DNA of 64,000 bases from positions 83,303,830 through 83,367,829 of the forward strand of contig NC_052164.1 in assembly GCF_902713615.1 (NCBI RefSeq), in the 5' to 3' direction. Each line of letters begins with the position of its first letter. Position 1 is the stretch's first letter. The position numbers and the translations under genes were made by a program. Below are positions 60,042 through 64,000 of this stretch, piece after piece. Below the pieces are notes generated by a model, which ran no database searches, had not been told where the DNA came from, and was given only the letters and a program-made list of their open reading frames with translations. Source of the DNA: Scyliorhinus canicula. Taxonomy: Eukaryota.

Positions 60042-61792
60042 TCAGTCGGTAGGCCTCTGCAAGTCCAGGCTTGTTGGTGGGGGCCGAATGTAATGCGACA
60101 TGAATCCCAGATCCCGGTTGAGTCCGCATTCATGCGTGCGGAACTTAGCTATAAGTTTTTGCTCAGCAATTTTGCGTTGTCGCGTCTCCTGAAGGCCTCC
60201 TTGTAGAATGCTGACCCGGAGATCAGAGGCTGAATGTCCTTGACTGCTGAAGTGTTCCCCAACTGGAAGGGAACAGTCCTGCCTGTTGATAGTCGCACGA
60301 TGCCCGTTTATTCGTTGTCGCAGTGTCTGCATGGTCTCGCCAATGTACCACGCTTCGGGACATCCTTTCCTGCAGCGTATGAGGTAGACTACATTGGTCG
60401 AGTCGCACGAGTATGCGCCGCGTACCTGGTGGGTGGTGTTTCCACGTGTAATGGTGGTGTCCATGTCGATGATCTGGCATGTCTTGCAGAGATTACCCTG
60501 GCAGGGTTTTGTGGTGTTGTGGTTGCTGTTCTGAAGGCTGGGTAATTTGCTGCAAACAATGGTTTGTTTGAGGTTGCACGGTTGTTTGAAGGCCAGTAGT
60601 GGGGGTGTGGGGATGACCTTGGCAAGATGTCCATCCTCGCTGATGATGTGTTGGAGGCTGCGAAGAAGATGTCGTAGTTTCTCCGCCCCAGGAAAGTACT
60701 GGACGACGAAGGGTACTCTGTCAGTGGTGTCCCGTGTTTGTCTTCTGAGGAGGTCGGTGCGGTTTTTTGCTGTGGCGCGGTGGAACTGTCGATCAATGAG
60801 TCGAGCGCCATATCCCGTTTGTACGAGGGCATCTTTCAGCATCTGTAGGTGTCTGTTGCGCTCCTCCTTGTCTGAGCAGATCCTGTGTATACGGAGGGCT
60901 TGTCCATAGGGGATGGCTTCTTTAATGTGTTTCGGGTGAAAGCTGGAGAAGTGGAGCATCGTGAGATTATCTGTGGGCTTGCGGTAAAGCGAGGTGCTGA
61001 GGTGACCGTCCTTGATGGAGACGAGTGTGTCCAAGAATGGAACTGAATTTGGAGAATAGTCCATAGTGAGTTTGATGGTGGGATGGAACTTATTGATGTC
61101 ATCGTGTAGTCGTTTCAGTGATGTCTCGCCGTGGGTCCAAAGGAAAAAAATGTCATCGATGTATCTGGTGTATAGCATCGGTTGAAAGTCCTGTGTGGTG
61201 AGGAAGTCCTGTTCAAACTTGTGCATGAAGATGTTGGCATATTGAGGTGCAAATTTGGTCCCCATGGCTGTTCCGTGCGTCTGGATGAAGAATTTGTTGT
61301 CGAAGGTGAAGACGTTGTGGTCTAGAATGAAACGGATGAGTTGCAGAATTGCGTCTGGAGATTGGCAGTTGTCGGTGTTGAGGACTGAGGCTGTTGCAGC
61401 AATGCCGTCGTCATGGGGGATGCTGGTGTAGAGTGCCGAGACATCCATTGTGACGAGGAATGTTCCTGGTTCAACTGGTCCATGGGTGCTGAGTTTCTGT
61501 AGGAAGTCCGTCGTGTCGCGACAGAAGCTGGGTGTACCTTGTACGATGGGTTTCAAGATGCCCTCGATGTGGCCAGAGAGGTTCTCACACAGGGTCCCAT
61601 TGCCTGAAACGATAGGACGGCCTGGTGTGTTGGCCTTGTGTATTTTCGGGAGGCAGTAGAGATCTCCAATGCGGGGATTACGTGGGATGAGAGCACGTAG
61701 GGTGTTCTGAAGGTCTGGATCTAAGGTCTTGATCAGTCTGCTGAGTTGGCGGATGTGTTCCTTGGTTGGATCTGCGGGTAACTGCCTGTAGT
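60042..61792 (-). CDS. Penelope RT + GIY-YIG endonuclease ORF (N-terminally truncated, otherwise open)
   Basis: The 599-aa ORF in the track; its first ~16 residues read through from the inverted arm and are not genuine. Confidence 0.88.
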
Positions 61793-61793
61793 T

Positions 61794-63095
61794 ACGACTA
61801 CACGATGACATCAATAAGTTCCATCCCACCATCAAACTCACTATGGACTATTCTCCAAATTCAGTTCCATTCTTGGACACACTCGTCTCCATCAAGGACG
61901 GTCACCTCAGCACCTCGCTTTACCGCAAGCCCACAGATAATCTCACGATGCTCCACTTCTCCAGCTTTCACCCGAAACACATTAAAGAAGCCATCCCCTA
62001 TGGACAAGCCCTCCGTATACACAGGATCTGCTCAGACAAGGAGGAGCGCAACAGACACCTACAGATGCTGAAAGATGCCCTCGTACGAACGGGATATGGC
62101 GCTCGACTCATTGATCGACAGTTCCACCGCGCCACAGCAAAAAACCGCACCGACCTCCTCAGAAGACAAACACGGGACACCACTGACAGAGTACCCTTCG
62201 TCGTCCAGTACTTTCCTGGGGCGGAGAAACTACGACATCTTCTTCGCAGCCTCCAACACATCATCAGCGAGGATGGACATCTTGCCAAGGTCATCCCCAC
62301 ACCCCCACTACTGGCCTTCAAACAACCGCGCAACCTCAAACAAACCATTGTTTGCAGCAAATTACCCAGCCTTCAGAACAGCAACCACAACACCACAAAA
62401 CCCTGCCAGGGTAATCTCTGCAAGACATGCCAGATCATCGACATGGACACCACCATTACACGTGGAAACACCACCCACCAGGTACGCGGCGCATACTCGT
62501 GCGACTCGACCAATGTAGTCTACCTCATACGCTGCAGGAAAGGATGTCCCGAAGCGTGGTACATTGGCGAGACCATGCAGACACTGCGACAACGAATAAA
62601 CGGGCATCGTGCGACTATCAACAGGCAGGACTGTTCCCTTCCAGTTGGGGAACACTTCAGCAGTCAAGGACATTCAGCCTCTGATCTCCGGGTCAGCATT
62701 CTACAAGGAGGCCTTCAGGAGACGCGACAACGCAAAATTGCTGAGCAAAAACTTATAGCTAAGTTCCGCACGCATGAATGCGGACTCAACCGGGATCTGG
62801 GATTCATGTCGCATTACATTCGGCCCCCACCAACAAGCCTGGACTTGCAGAGGCCTACCGACTGAACTGGCTTGGGACAATTCACACCTCTTTAACCTGG
62901 AGTTACCTCTCTCTCTGCATCTTTGATGATTTGATTGCCTGCAGGTGCTCGCATTCCGGGGCATCTCTGACTGTGTCTATATAAACATTTCTGGAACAAG
63001 CCTTTCCATTCACCTGAAGAAGGAGCCGTGCTCCGAAAGCTCGTGTTTGAAACAAACCTGTTGGACTTTAACCTGGTGTTGTAAGACTTCTTACT
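61794..63095 (+). mobile_element. Inverted second Penelope arm (RT C-terminus + GIY-YIG + one pseudo-LTR unit)
   Basis: Near-perfect reverse complement of 59812-61113; ORF 61843-62865 matches the left arm except for 2 residues. Confidence 0.95.
63004..63051 (+). ncRNA. Minimal type I hammerhead ribozyme motif in the Penelope pseudo-LTR
   Basis: cac-CTGAAGA-a-ggagc-cgt-gctcc-GAAA-gc-TC-gtg: core boxes, stem II, stem I and a palindromic AGCT stem III. Confidence 0.8.
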
Positions 63096-64000
63096 ATATA
63101 TATAAATGACAAACAATAGGGGACCCAGCCGGATCTCTGTGGTATGCCACTGGTCACTGGCTTCCAGACACCAAAGCAGAGTTGGTATTTTAAGTCCAAT
63201 ATGACACTTCCTTGGAACTGGTCAGGGAATCTGTTCTCAAGACGAGAAAAGGAGTGTGGCATCATAAATCATCTGGCTCTTACGTTGCATCACAATCACT
63301 TCAGCTAATGTCCAATCATTGTCATGTGTCATTATTACAGCACTTCATTTTAAACAGCTAACTGACGTGCTTACATCATACATGTATCCATAGTAACACC
63401 AATATTCTAGGATGTGCTAATTTGAATTGCAAAGTAAATTGTGAACAGTCAGTTGTCACCAAACTTGTTAAAGACATGTTAAAAATCCCAAAACATTGTT
63501 TATTACCCTGACTCTTTATCTCCATGTTTGATACTTTGTAGCAGTACTTATCTCTTCCAGTACATTAAGAGGTATGTAATAATAGGGCAAAGGTCAAAAT
63601 AGCCCCATAGGAGAGAAGCTAAGTCAGATATGTGAACAATTGTATATATCCATCTGATTTGCAATATCTTAAATGTTGATCTTTAGAATTTAGAAGTAAG
63701 ACAGCTTTTGTAACTTTAGAATTAAATGTGACATGTATCATCAAAGTGCCTCTAATATACTGACTGATTTTGCCCTTATATTTATGCGAAACACACATTG
63801 CTGAATCCGCTGATGTATAGTGGGTACTGCGCGGTGTGTTGGAACTCATTCTAATGAGGGAGGCCCTAGATTCAGTCACTAGCCACTGTTGACTAGGCCC
63901 TGGTTACTTCAGATGGAATACTGGTGAATGGCATCCTTTGGAAAGGTTGCAGCCATAATCAGAAGTGTGGGGGGGAGGGGGTGATGGTAGTGGAGGTGGG

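Larger units (their letters stand above)
59651..61792 (-). mobile_element. Penelope-like element (Neptune-type), 5'-truncated, with tandem 123-bp pseudo-LTR
   Basis: ORF with RT (LPKIHK, GTAMG, RYIDD), Cys linker PCQGNLCKTC and GIY-YIG endonuclease (VYLIRC...WYIGET). The 123-bp unit repeats from 59688 and 59811. Confidence 0.95.

Noticed and set aside
60223-62964. Paired ORFs of 85-147 aa on both strands
   Set aside because: Alternative-frame and antisense shadows of the GC-rich Penelope ORF, duplicated by the inversion.
63619-64000. Possible terminal exon of a further - strand gene (e.g. ACAD8)
   Set aside because: No frame gives a protein I recognise; cannot be supported.

Overview
Vertebrate genomic DNA, very likely from a shark/elasmobranch, judged by HE1/V-SINEs, a Deu-domain SINE and CR1, Tx1/L1 and Penelope repeats. 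Three spliced genes can be rebuilt by hand. VPS26B (+) contributes its last four coding exons (1771-11452). THYN1 (-) has a complete 7-exon CDS (35820->17456, 232 aa). ANAPC13 (+) has its CDS at 51259-52612 (74 aa). THYN1 and ANAPC13 appear to be head-to-head on a CpG-rich promoter at ~47.5-48.4 kb; VPS26B and THYN1 are tail-to-tail. The rest is nested mobile DNA. It includes an intact full-length CR1 LINE (38.5-43.5 kb) inserted in a Tx1/L1, and a truncated tRNA-Ser-primed LTR/ERV element. There is also an inverted pair of Neptune-type Penelope elements with hammerhead motifs and a shared TSD, a solo LTR, hAT and Harbinger-like MITEs, and many SINEs. The most notable signal is in the intact CR1: a U_UUA_AAC slippery heptamer sits exactly in the ~15-nt ORF1/ORF2 overlap. 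ORF2 is in the -1 frame, has no AUG before its endonuclease motif, and is followed by a G-tract cluster, suggesting programmed -1 frameshifting to an ORF1-ORF2 fusion. Its 5' UTR is built from 153-bp monomers packed with splice-site consensus motifs. Coordinates were counted by hand, and repeat boundaries are approximate unless a TSD is given.
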